This document shows, in pieces, positions 41,761 through 64,000 of a stretch of DNA of 64,000 bases. Source of the DNA: Amoebidium appalachense. Taxonomy: Eukaryota; Protista; Ichthyosporea. Position numbers and translations under genes: made by a program. The notes under the pieces are model-generated. The model was not told where the DNA came from. It made no database searches and was given only the letters and a program-made list of their open reading frames with translations. Each line of letters begins with the position of its first letter. Position 1 is the first letter of the stretch. Where the stretch lies: the NCBI GenBank assembly GCA_963693365.1, contig CAVNZM010000007.1:9235962-9299961 (forward strand). The letters are read 5' to 3'.

Positions 41761-42152
41761 TTGAATGCGGAACACGGTACGAAGTACGCATACACGACGA
41801 GAAGCATGGTGCAGGACACATGCAAAGGCAAACATTCAAGTATGCAACATCAGCCATGTGCACAGTATGCGTCATAAGCAGAGCCCATCCTCAGGGAGGA
41901 CCCAAGTCATCAATTGCGTCTGAGTTTCGACCCCTTAGCCCGCGTATATACGACGCTCCAACTCAGACATGAGCATCAACTGAACTTGGGCGGGTCAGCC
42001 CGTCTTGATCAAAGACGAGCAGGGTTGCTTATGCAAGCAAGGTGAGCAAAACGGTGAAGATGTGTGTGCAAACTAATGCAGGTGCAGCGAAATGCATATG
42101 TGCTTACAGACGCACGACACAGAGCAACCATGCCCGGGTGCATGGAAGTAAA
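41761..42152 (-). mobile_element. Full-length (392-bp) poly-C-flanked element copy
   Basis: Reverse complement of 4385-4766 over the whole length; G-run on the left and G-rich tract on the right; intronic in the GCR1_C-like gene. Confidence 0.85.
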
Positions 42153-42247
42153 GCGGGAGGGGGAGGGGGAGGGAGAGAGAGGGGAGGGAGGGGCGGGGGG
42201 GGAGGAAGGGAAGGGAGGGAAGGGAGAGGGGAGGGGAGGGAGGGGAG

Positions 42248-42285
<38 letters not shown>

Positions 42286-42582
42286 GGGGGGGGGGGGGGG
42301 AGGGGGGGGAACGCCAGGAAAAAAAGGGAAGGAGGAGGATAACCTGCTTGTCTGCCAGTGATGAGAAGGGGTGGAGGTGGCTGGGCTGGCTTCAACACTC
42401 GAGGAGCATAAGGCATGTAGTAGCCAGCACTCCCTGCCAGTGGGTTGAGAACCGGCCTACCCACTGTAGAAATTAAATGCTTAGGCTATGGGCTGCGAGC
42501 ACGATCGCACAAAAGAGATACACACACACACACACACAAAAGACGCACACACACACACACACACACAAACACTATGGCGTTA

Positions 42583-42672
<90 letters not shown>

Positions 42673-43039
42673 CAACAACAAAAGCACACAGGCAAGCGCA
42701 AGCGCACACATACACAGATACAGGAACCGTGGCTTGGTTTTATCAGCACATACCGCCGCAGGTGGTGGTGGGCCAGTAAATAGGTCACGGGTATGTGTGT
42801 ATATGTCAGAGTTTGTCTGCCTAGCAATAGAATACTGTGCGGCTGTGTGCACATGCACGTGTGTGTGTGCATGTGTGTACGCTCGTTTTTTTTTTTTTTT
42901 TTTTTTTGTTGTTGTTGTTGTCTGGGGGGGGGGGGGGGGGGGAGAGAGAGAGAGAGAGAGGGGGGGGGGGGGGGGGGGGGGGGGAAGGGGGGAACATTGA
43001 GGGTTTTCTATTTTTTTTTTTCCCCCTGTTCTTTTTTTT

Positions 43040-43080
<41 letters not shown>

Positions 43081-44499
43081 AATTGCGCATAGCCCAGTTG
43101 TGCGATAGCATAGTCCAGATGTGCGATACGAAAACACAATCCACGAGCACCATCAACACTAAGCATCAGTTTACGTATGAAAGAAGAGTAAGGGGGCAGA
43201 GTCATACCTGTACCCATACGTGCAAATATGTTGGCCATCATTGCATCCTGAGCCCTCAGCGCCTCTTATCTGTCTGCTTTCTTCCTCATCCTCAACCAAC
43301 CTCTGTTCGATATGTTGTTGTATGGTGTTGATGGTGCGTGTCTGCTCTTCCACCTCCAGGCGTAGCTCAAGCACATCCTGTCTGGTTTCCTTTGCTAATT
43401 GATCGATGTCTTGCATCTGCGTTGTTAGGGCCGCCATGAAAGAAGTGACCTCATGGGGGATGTTGCCCCCGCCTGCCACCTCGTTGCCGTCTGCCATGTT
43501 GGCCCGTTGTAGGCTAATAGTCTAGTGTTGTTGTTGGCCACGGCAAGTATCTGGGGGGGTAGAATGCACCCAAGTTAGTACAGAAGCAACAAGAATCTTG
43601 TGCCTGGCAGTGCTCTAACCTGTTCTGACAAATCGGGATAAAAGGCAAATTGGAAAGCAGAAACGTGTAGATGTGTGTGTGTGTGCCGGACACTCTTGAA
43701 GTGGGGACTACGAAGTGGCACTGCTTGTTCTGCTCTGGTCTAAGGAGGTTCAAAGATGTGGGTTTTCTGCAATGCCCATGGGCAGCTCCCATGTGCACCA
43801 CGTATACCCCTCCCCCCCCCCCCCCTCCCTCCCCCCTCCGCCCCCCCCCCCCCTCCCTCCCTTCCCCCTTCCCCGGTGGGGTACAAAGTGTCAGGGCAAA
43901 AGTGTTGCCACAGGTACACATCATACAACTTGCACATATACCCACGTACCGTTCTCCAAAAACTCTAGATCTTCCTTGCACAATCCCTGTGTTTTTGCTT
44001 TGTGGCTCGTTTTATTTTCTTTCTTTCTTTCTTTCTTTTCGAATTCTGTTTTTACGTGTTCTTCTTAATATGTCTTAGTTGTGGGGGTGGCGGCAACGTC
44101 AGTGGTGTTGGCAGCCAGGGTGTGAGGTGGGGGGGAGGGGAGAGGGGGAGGAAGGGGGGAGGGAGGGAGGGGGGGGGGAGGGGGGGGAAGAGAGAGAGGA
44201 GGGGGGGGGGGGGGGGGGGGGTGGGGGGTTGGGGGGGGAAAGAGGTGCGGGGTAGGGGGAGGCTAGCGTGCGATTCACTGTCTGCGGGTGTGGTGTGCGT
44301 GCATGCGTTTGATTCTTCTTTTTGTGTGGGCCAGGGATCAGGGAGGGTGGGGGAGAGGGCCGGGGGGGGGGGGGGGGGGGGGGGGAGGGAAGGGGGGATG
44401 CCTCTTGAGATTTTTTTTTTTTTTTTTTTTTTTTTGGGGGGGGGGGGGGGGGGAGAGAGAGAGGGGGGGGGGGTGAGGGGGGGGGGGGAGAGGGGGGAA

Positions 44500-44881
44500 G
44501 GGAGGGAGGAAGGGAGGGAGGGAGGGAGAGTGGAGGGAGGGAGGAAGTAAGGAAGGGAGGGAGGGAAGGAGGGAGGTACGGAGGGAGGTAGAGGGAGGGA
44601 GGGAGGGGGAGTGGGAAAGACGGAGGGAGGGAGGGAGGGAGGGAGGGAGGAAGGGAGGGAAGGGAGGGAGGGAGGGAGGGAGGGAGGGAGGGAGGGAGGG
44701 AGGGAGGGAGGGAGGGAGGGAGGGAGGGGGAGGCAGGGAGGGAGGCAGGGAGGGAGGGAGGGAGGGAGGGAGGGAGGGAGGGAGGGAGGGAGGGAGGGAG
44801 GGAGGGAGGGAGGGAGGGAGGGAGGGAGGGAGGGAGGGGGGAGGGGGAGGGAGGGAGGGAGGGAGGGAGGGAGGGAGGGAG
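44500..44881. repeat. (GGGA)n tetranucleotide microsatellite
   Basis: Long GGAGGGA/GGGA array. Confidence 0.92.
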
Positions 44882-45462
44882 CGTAGGAGGAAGAGAGGAG
44901 AGGAGATAAAGAATAACGGTTAAGCTATGCATCAATGTAGATCATGGGAAAACTCGGAGGTTTGGGAAACAAGGCATCAAGTTGGAAGTGGAAGTGGCAG
45001 GCTCGAGCTTTACAAAAGAGACATCGGGCCGGCTGAGAAGCAGAGTAACAACTATAGATGGAGCTGGTAGTAGCTGGGGAAAGGAAGTTTCGAGTATAGA
45101 CGGGTCACGGTGCGTGCCAAACGAATGTCGGTGCGCGGAACTTGTGAACTTGCCTTATATGCCTCTCTTCACTTTTTGCAGGACTCTTTGATGTTCTTAC
45201 TGATGATCAACGTCGTCCCAGTCCAACAATGCGTGCTCTTTTGGGGCTAACGGTAGGCCATGTACATAAAAGACACACATACATATAGGAGTGTTGGCAA
45301 TCAAATACCATATGCATGTAGTCGTAGTATGATCGTCAAAGTTTCTTTTCTTTCGTTCTAGGTATTGAAGTTCCGGCCAATTTTGGCGCCAAATCAATAA
45401 TACAATCCAATCAGCATGCCCCATGCAGCCTGCGGGCTGCGGCAGTGAGAATCCATAACAAC

Positions 45463-45581
45463 GCTAACACGTACTGACGTGTTGCCGCACGTGCGACGTT
45501 ATACATCTACTCAGGCGGCCCTTTTAAGTTAAAAAAAAAAAAAAAAAAAAAGAAAGGAGACACCGCCTCAGTAGGTGGTAG
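45463..45581 (-). repeat. Right arm of the inverted pair with 30411-30536
   Basis: GCTAACACGTACTGACGTGTTGCCGCACGTGCGACG...TAAGTT(A)n..GGAGACACCGCCTCAGTAGGTGGTAG. Confidence 0.88.
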
Positions 45582-46051
45582 ATAGCAACGTGTGTCTGTA
45601 CACGTATTTGTATGCACGTCATGGTCTGTGCGTGTGCCATGGTGTGTGTCTGTGCGTGTGTGCGCGCGTGTGTGTGCATGTATACGTGTGTGGATCTATG
45701 TATATTCGTGTGTGTGTGTGTGTGTGTGGATTAACATTTGAGCAAATGGATAGGTCTCAAACATAAATGCGGCCGGCAAACAATATGACATCACACAACC
45801 CTCCGGGATTCCATCGGGATCGCTGTGTGCTTACGTGTGTGTGTGTGTGTATTGTCTGTATGTGCACGTGTGTGTATGTGTGTGTGTGCATCTTGTGTGT
45901 TTGTGGGGAGGGAGCTCGAAGGGCCTAGAGGGGGGGAGGGGGGGGGGAAAGATGGACAGGGGGCCCCGGGGGAGGGGGGGGGGGGGGAGTGGGGGAGGGG
46001 AGGCGGACCGGTACCAGGGATTGGGGGAGGGGTGTTGGTTTTTTTTTTTTT

Positions 46052-46082
<31 letters not shown>

Positions 46083-46960
46083 GGGGGAGGAGGAGGAGGC
46101 GGACCGGGGATTGGGGGAGGGGTGTTCGGGTGTTTTTTTTTTTTGAGGGGGGGTGGGGGCCAAGGGGGGGAATGTGTGTGTGTGAGAGCGAGCATATTAC
46201 AACGTGGGAAAATGTAGGCTAAGAAAAGGAGAATCCACTCCCAGGCCAGCTGGGATATTGAATGATTTAATTCTGCGGGCGTTCCGAGAAAACCTGGTCG
46301 GTGGCATCAAAACAATGCTATAATGTTACGAATTTCAAACAAAGCTCCAAACTTTCGTGCCGGGATCGCGTAATCAAAGCAAACAAATGTAATTTAGCGA
46401 GGCAAAATATCCATACAGCCCCCCCCCCCAAAAAAAAGATTGCGGTCTTGGGCTAACTACCACACGGGGTGTATGAGGTCACTATACCCTATGATGTGTC
46501 TGTGTGTGTGTATGTGTGTACTTGTCTGTGTCTATGTATGCATCATTTATATCTTGCAAAACTAATGACAAATAATCGTATGTGCGTGCACAGCTGTTTG
46601 TTAATGTTAATGTGTGGGCCAATTCGTCGTCATGTACGTGCACAACTAATCACATAAGCGTGTGCAACAGAACAGCAGTGATTATTTTCATACATACAGC
46701 TGCACAAGCTATAGGATAAAATTGAATTTCATCTATGCAATCATTATTTATGTCATTAGGCGTCAAGTAAAATGAAAGGCATGCCGGTTGCAAACCATGG
46801 ATACATACATGCATTTCCATATGCCTACAGCTAGCTACAAACCAAACACTTCATTCGTGATCAAACATATCCTGTGGATACTGTGGATGTGCATGGGATA
46901 GGGTTGAATAACCACCACGTCTAGTCTCTCCAAAATTGATGCACTGTGTGCAGGTGCACG

Positions 46961-47020
<60 letters not shown>

Positions 47021-47160
47021 TGTGCACGTGTGCGTGTGTGTGTGTATTTGTGTTTGTGTGTGTGCAGTGCGTGTACGCGCACGGGTGTGTTCGTGTGTGG
47101 GTATGTGGAGGTGGGAGGACGGTCTGTGTGTGCGTGTGTGTGTGTGTGTGTGTGTTGGGG

Positions 47161-47194
<34 letters not shown>

Positions 47195-47204
47195 GGGGGA
47201 TATC

Positions 47205-58394
<11,190 letters not shown>

Positions 58395-59831
58395 CCTTAG
58401 AAATGGCGCACCGAAGCCTGAAAAGGAAGGCACATATTTTAGGGTTGGAAAAAAATAAGGAAACAGAAGGAAGGGGCGGAAAGGGGGCCTGAAGGGGACT
58501 GTGTGTGTGTGTGTGTGCGTGTGTTGTTGGGGGGAGGGGGGGGGGGGGGGGGGGGGGGAGGGGGGCAAGCACGTATTGTAACAGGCACGAACAGAAGGGA
58601 AGTTTGAATGCTGTGGGAGTTTTTTTCAAAAAAACCTTGTATAGAAATCCTTGTATGCATTGTATATTGGTTATACGTATGTGCAGTTATTGTGGCACCT
58701 GGGTCATCCTGCATACCGGACGAAACTCAAAGCAAACCGTGCTAGGCATGCAGGTTGGTGTAGCTGCAAATTTGCGCTCAGCACCAACTCTATACCAACC
58801 TCCCCCCCCCCCCCCCCCCCCCCCTCCCCCTCCCCTTCTTCTCTCTCTTCCCCCCACCCCCTATCTCCTCCTCTTCACCTCCTTCTCCCTTTCGTCCCTA
58901 CTCTCCCGTGCTCCCCCTCCCCCCTCCCCCCCTCCCCTCCTCTAACCCCCCTCCCCCCCTCCCCCCCGGTTTTAAGGCCTTTCAGACCCTCTTAGCATTC
59001 CTTTTCACAAAATATTTAACCTCTAGGTTTTTTTCTGCCTTGCAATGAAAATTTTTCTAACGGGTTATCACCTTCAAGCTCTCGTGCTTAGTCCCTCCGG
59101 CAACTTTCCTCCACCCCCGCCCCCAAGGAAGACCGAAAAGTCTGACCAAGAATAGAACAAGATTAGATCATGAAACCGGCAATAAAAAAGGATGTTCCAT
59201 GAATGGGCCATAGTGGGTGAGATCATGAGTGGTGGGGTATGCAAGGGGGGGGGGGGGAGGGGGGGGAGAAGGAGGAAGGGAGGGGGGAGGGGAGGGGGGA
59301 GGGGGGGGGGGGGGGGGGGGAAGGCACTCACACTCGGCACACTACCAATAACCTGCACTAGTTCGTGGTGTCACTGCAGCAGAGTTCTCAAAATACAGTT
59401 GTCGAAAATAGGAAGAGATGCGGTGGCGAAGGTCTATGTTCCGGACCATCCATTTGTGCGTGCCTACGTGCGAGACCGTGAAGTGGGTCGATGCGGGGTG
59501 CGGAGGGAACAAATTGGCGGGAAAGCAGGACCAATACATAAATGTCAATTGAAGATGAAGATTTGAGACTTGCAGAAATTTTGTTTATGATCTGATTATG
59601 GAGAGTCTCGGGAAAAGCGATATTTCAGTAAATTTTTAGCCCTCTTCACCATTTTGTACATCTGCATGCCGCTGATTACCATACACACACATGTACAGTG
59701 ATGTCCTTGCACAGTATTTTACCCCGTACAGACTGCCTGTAAATTCGGCCTATTCCTTCTGCTGCAAGGTGTGTGTGTGTGTGTGTGTGTGTGGTGGTGG
59801 TGGTGGTGGTGGTGGTGGTGGTGGTGGTGGT

Positions 59832-59864
<33 letters not shown>

Positions 59865-61410
59865 AAAACTTCCCCCCTTCCCTCCTGCTCACACAACAAG
59901 CACATGAAACACAACCTCATACAACCCCCGCTCCCCCCCTCCTCCCCCAACACACACACACACACACACACCCACACACGTGAACACCATAACATAAACA
60001 TGCTCCGGGGGACCCGGCCGTCTATACCCTCACGTTCCTCACGGCCACTCCCCCGTCATTTGTCCGCGCGCTCTTTCCAAAGTACTTTCCTGCTCTCGGG
60101 TCTCGGGCCCTCTATATCTGTACATTCAATAAACGGATGGCTTGCCCACACACGAAAGCACACACGCGCACAAGAACTGTAATAAAGATAACCCCAACAG
60201 CTGCAGGGTAGGTTAACAAAAAAAAAAAAAAAAAAAAAAAACAGAAGAAGAAGAAAGAGAAAACGATAGCTCGAGAGCCGCGAACGAAAATGGGGACTCC
60301 GTTTTCAAGTAATAATTTCTGCTTCTATGATCTCTGCAACTAGGAAAAAATAGTGTGCAGATGTACATGCTAAGCCTGGTAGCTATATTTTACATTATAA
60401 CACCACTGGGGATATTTGGAGGAAAAAAGTCCCCGGGGCCATAACAGAAACCGGTTTCTAACTATCCCGTTTTTAATTTTCTTTTGACTGGATTTATTCG
60501 ACGGAAAGATATGCACGTATGCACGGCATACTGAGAAGACAATAAAAACTTTTTCTTTTGACTCGGTTTTATTGATCCGTTGATGAAGGCAACGTGCAGC
60601 CACAGGCTACATAACCACCAATAGAACTGAAAAAGCCAAAGCTACGAAATAAAAATAAAGCGACAAGTGACAAAGGACACCAGCGGGCAAAACCTTAAGT
60701 GTACGTGTATGCGTGAAACTAGTTTGCTCCAACTAGTCATATGCATCGATGTTGACCAGACCACACTCCGCAAGAAGACATCATTACTCAGTGCTTCCCA
60801 ACAGGCCTCCCTCAAAACCTACCGAGGCACAGCAAGCAAGTCAGCCTCTAAAAGAGCAATGCAGACCAAATCTGAGCTAAAGAACAATCCCAACGGGCCC
60901 GGCCCCTAGATAACCCGGAGAACCTGCATCTAGCTCTCTGATAAGGTGGCCTAGTTGTGGCAGGACACACAGAAAAACACAATTACAGAATGCATGCAAG
61001 CAAACCCGGTCATTGCCATACGACTGGAGGCTAAGGACTGGCAGTCACTCGGAAAGCTCCCCGACGACCAAGTAGCCGCCCCTCCACTCACGCAGCGCAG
61101 AAGTAGTTGAAGAAGTTGCAGCAGCCCACCGCCAATAGGTCGCGTAGAAGCGTAGACAGCGTGTAGAAGTTACCATCATGAGTTGCAGTGGACCACCAGG
61201 CGTTGAAGAAACCACTTCTCAAGCGAGAAACTCCGCGAAAGGGAGATGCCCCCACACTCTCACAGCAGTAGGAATACACCAGGCCACACCACACACATGC
61301 TGCAGTCACGTTCCCCTGAGTGGGACTCCCTCCCACCACAAAAAGAAGAAACGAAAGCCTTAAATAAAAACTTCACCGTATCCAGTAACAAGTGCATACT
61401 GAGATACCTG

Positions 61411-62182
61411 TGTTGGAGTACACTGGTACTCCCGGCTAGCAATGTCTGTTAGAGAAAGTTTCTGAGCAATTGAATAATTGTTTCAACACTCACTCGAGTG
61501 CATAGAGCTTTTGTTTACGGTCATATTCATATATGGTAGTTATATGTTTGAGCCAAAACTGTACCAACTTGATGACGAGCTTCAGTAGCACGTGCTAATT
61601 GTGCTCATTAATTAATATTCCCGGTTCAGATGATGTCATGTCTATATTTGCCACAGGATTCTATTCTTAGAGTGGTAGTGTGCTTTATTCCCGGATATTC
61701 TCAGAATATTTTTAGTTGTGTGAAGTAAGATTTACGTTCAACTGCAATTGGTGTGTTAAACACGTTTATGTGTGTGCTTTAGTGCAAGTTAACTAGTAGC
61801 CACTCAACGTGCACAGTTAACTTTTATATCTTTAACGACTTGTTTTCATTGTGCTCTCTTTTCGGCCATGCTGTACATGGCCCACCACCAGGGTGCACAC
61901 GAGGCCACCATGAGGTGGCCAACGACTATATAAAGCAGTGCCTCCCATGTCACAAACATGGGAAGCAGAACGTTTGATTTACACTTTTCTACTGTCGTTT
62001 TCAGTGCACAAAACACATAGACTAGTTACCCATCATACACGACACTATGTCTGACAACTTACAGTTGCAGCAACTAGTCCAACTACTGGAGCAGAGGTTG
62101 GCCTCACAAGATGCAATCATTTCTGACTTACAGAAGGAACAACGTGCACTAGAACTAGCTTCTATGAACACAATGTCCAACA
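61411..62182 (+). repeat. 5' LTR (772 bp)
   Basis: TGTTGGA...TCCAACA inverted termini; TATATAAA near 61927; followed directly by the PBS. Confidence 0.85.
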
Positions 62183-63216
62183 GGGTTATGGGCTCCTCAC
62201 GTAATGATTCCATCAAGTTCAAGGTCGACATCCCTCTCTTCACTGGCATTGATAATGATTCAGGCACGGACTACCACACATGGGCCGAAACCATGTATGT
62301 CCAGCTTTCTGGTGCTGGTCTTCTCCACACCATCGCGCCCAGTACGGAGCACCCGGCTACCCGTGAACAGGTCGACACTGCCCGTTCCTACCTGTGGCAA
62401 GCACTCTCGGTTGACGTGCGTTGTATCCCAGGGTTAACACGCACCACCACACCTGCGGAGATATGGTCGGCCCTATCTGCCCACTACCTGGAGCAATCTG
62501 AGGCCAATCAGTACGACCTTATCGGGCTGTACATGAATTCTACGCCTGAACCTACGGACACCGCGACGAAATACGCCATGAAGCTCCGCGGCTACGTGCG
62601 GCGCCTGGCCGATTACGGCACACAAATTGGTGATGATCAAGTGCTGACCAAGCTCAACAACGACCTCGGCAAGGTGCCTTACTACGAAATGCCTGTCATT
62701 GCCTACAAGATGACACCCAAGCCTACCGTGATGGGCCTCCTCCAACAGCTACGGGCATATGAGACCAGCCCACGTGAACGTGTGACTACCAGCTCCGGGC
62801 CGGCCGCCTTCACCACACGGGCTCCTCAACCTGTCATCTGCCACGGCTGCGGCAAACCAGGCCACATCAAGTCTCAGTGCCCCAACGGCAACGGCCAACA
62901 CAGCAACTCTGGCAACAACCGTGCCAGCACCTACCCCAAGGGTTCCTGCGTCAACCACCCACTGTCTACCAGTCACACCACCGCCATGTGCAAGGGGGGC
63001 AACCGTGCCAACGGCCGCAAACCTAAGGGTGGTCCCCTCCCGCCTGGGTCCTGCATCAACCACCCTGCCTCTACTACCCACACTACGGCACAGTGCAAGG
63101 GGGGGCTGCCGCTCCCCGGGCTTTCCTCATGTCTAGCAACGACTGTGGCACCAACAAGGTGCTCCTCGACTCTGGAGCCACTGACCATGTGTGCCCCCGG
63201 CCCGATGTGTTCGTAA
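62047..63216 (+). CDS. gag: Copia Gag with CCHC zinc knuckle; protease start lies in the -1 frame
   Basis: PLFTG..DYHTWAETM...TPAEIWSALSAHY capsid-like region; CHGCGKPGHIKSQC; after the G7 run near 63100 the -1 frame reads AAAPRAFLMSSNDCGTNKVLLDSGATDHVCP (copia protease LDSGA). Confidence 0.88.
   Translation: MSDNLQLQQLVQLLEQRLASQDAIISDLQKEQRALELASMNTMSNRVMGSSRNDSIKFKVDIPLFTGIDNDSGTDYHTWAETMYVQLSGAGLLHTIAPSTEHPATREQVDTARSYLWQALSVDVRCIPGLTRTTTPAEIWSALSAHYLEQSEANQYDLIGLYMNSTPEPTDTATKYAMKLRGYVRRLADYGTQIGDDQVLTKLNNDLGKVPYYEMPVIAYKMTPKPTVMGLLQQLRAYETSPRERVTTSSGPAAFTTRAPQPVICHGCGKPGHIKSQCPNGNGQHSNSGNNRASTYPKGSCVNHPLSTSHTTAMCKGGNRANGRKPKGGPLPPGSCINHPASTTHTTAQCKGGLPLPGLSSCLATTVAPTRCSSTLEPLTMCAPGPMCS
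62183..62196 (+). other. Primer-binding site, half-tRNA-iMet type
   Basis: GGGTTATGGGCTCC right after CAACA, matching the GGTTATGGGCCC PBS of Drosophila copia-type elements. Confidence 0.78.
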
Positions 63217-64000
63217 TGTCCAACAACCTGAACACTGTGTGAAAATCATATAAATACTCAATGTGACGACCAACAGAATTCAACAAAAAGTCTAAAGTGT
63301 TCACATTGCCAGCTAGTGTAGCAGACACCCGTAGGGAAAGAGGTAAAACGCGACATAAAAACTCACACCTATCAACATGCTTGCGATTAAAAAGTTCAGC
63401 ACAAAAATGGCACCAGCGGCGATGAAAACAAGGATTACAACGCCACTGCACAAATTCCCAGGCAATATCAACATCAGAGCACCATACAGACTTATCTACT
63501 AGGGTGGTATCCATACGTACAGCAGGAGAAATGTATCCTGCCAAAGCTCCCAAAAAGCGATAATGATCAGTACGGTATTGCCTGAGGAACATAACACATG
63601 CCGACTGAGTTTTACCTTTGATTTCCCTATCAGAACGAGAAAGAAACTTATACTGCGCATGGTAATAACGCGAAAAGGCAGAAAAAACAGGAAGAGAAAA
63701 GAAAGAGGGAGTGAGATAGCGAGAGGAAGAAACATGTTCTTTCACAGTGGAACGTTCACAGTGGGCATCAACGGACGCGAGCCGCCTAATGAGGCTTCGG
63801 CAAAAATCTCCAGATTGAATAAAGTTTAAAAGCGCATTAAAGCACAAATTGTGGTATGCGATTTGCGAACAAACGCTCGGTTGAATAAATCATTTTGAAC
63901 AGGGATATAGTTGAGGGGTTTACGCTGTTTACTCGAGGCAAAGAGAACCAGTCTCAGGTATGGGGGGGGGGGTTTTGCTCGGAATATCCCCTCAGCGGTA

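Larger units (their letters stand above)
40036..43497 (-). pseudogene. Coiled-coil + GCR1_C-like DNA-binding domain gene (Gcr1/Msn1/Hot1/Crypton-type) with two frameshifts
   Basis: Exons 43497-43208, 42463-42344, 41315-41116 and 40265-40036 are phase-compatible if one extra base (~43266) and one missing base (~40184) are corrected. C-terminus: NLTVPEMWEEWTRGWDYGDGKERIPLSQ/VVAQFKGSKKDTWVCVESQRKRWGLRRP-IYEIQRRLDMPGNSKGANEIAVELEQ. Confidence 0.62.
61411..63225 (+). mobile_element. Ty1/copia LTR retrotransposon, internally deleted
   Basis: TSD ACCTG (61406-61410, 63226-63230); ends TGTTGGA...TCCAACA; 5' LTR, PBS, gag and the start of protease; sequence then jumps to the last 11 nt of the LTR (AATGTCCAACA). 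Confidence 0.92.

Noticed and set aside
44980-45290. Tyrosine-recombinase remnant (minus frame ...GKFTSSAHRHSFGTH, resembling LRHSFATH) upstream of the GCR1_C-like gene
   Set aside because: Only a short motif, first catalytic His absent, two in-frame stops, and unlike the Crypton box II; chance is likely. HHpred of the read-through would settle it.
63083-63847. 254-aa minus-strand ORF
   Set aside because: It crosses the retrotransposon boundary and has no recognisable motif.

Overview
Eukaryotic genomic DNA, most likely an intron-rich unicellular opisthokont (inferred from gene content). Introns and intergenic DNA are full of poly-C/poly-G runs and (CA)n/(TG)n, so most ORFs in the supplied track are microsatellite read-through. 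Manual splicing gives: the 3' exons of a Ras/Rap1-like GTPase (+); an 18-exon, ~706-aa LSD1/KDM1-family amine oxidase with an unusual N-terminal ARID domain and no Tower (-), carrying an intronic tRNA-Ser(AGA); a divergently transcribed myosin essential light chain (+); an intronless C2H2 zinc-finger gene (+); a frameshifted coiled-coil + GCR1_C-like gene (-); and a PHF12/Rco1-like double-PHD gene (-). Mobile DNA includes an internally deleted copia LTR element with intact TSD, a 2-kb hAT/P-type TIR element plus a 46-bp relative, two palindrome-rich MITEs, a ~126-bp inverted-repeat pair that may bound a 15-kb insertion, and a ~390-bp family that always abuts poly-C runs and lies mostly in introns in the host-sense orientation. 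All domain calls are by eye from motif recall, without database searches. Some frameshifts fall in homopolymers and could be sequencing errors.
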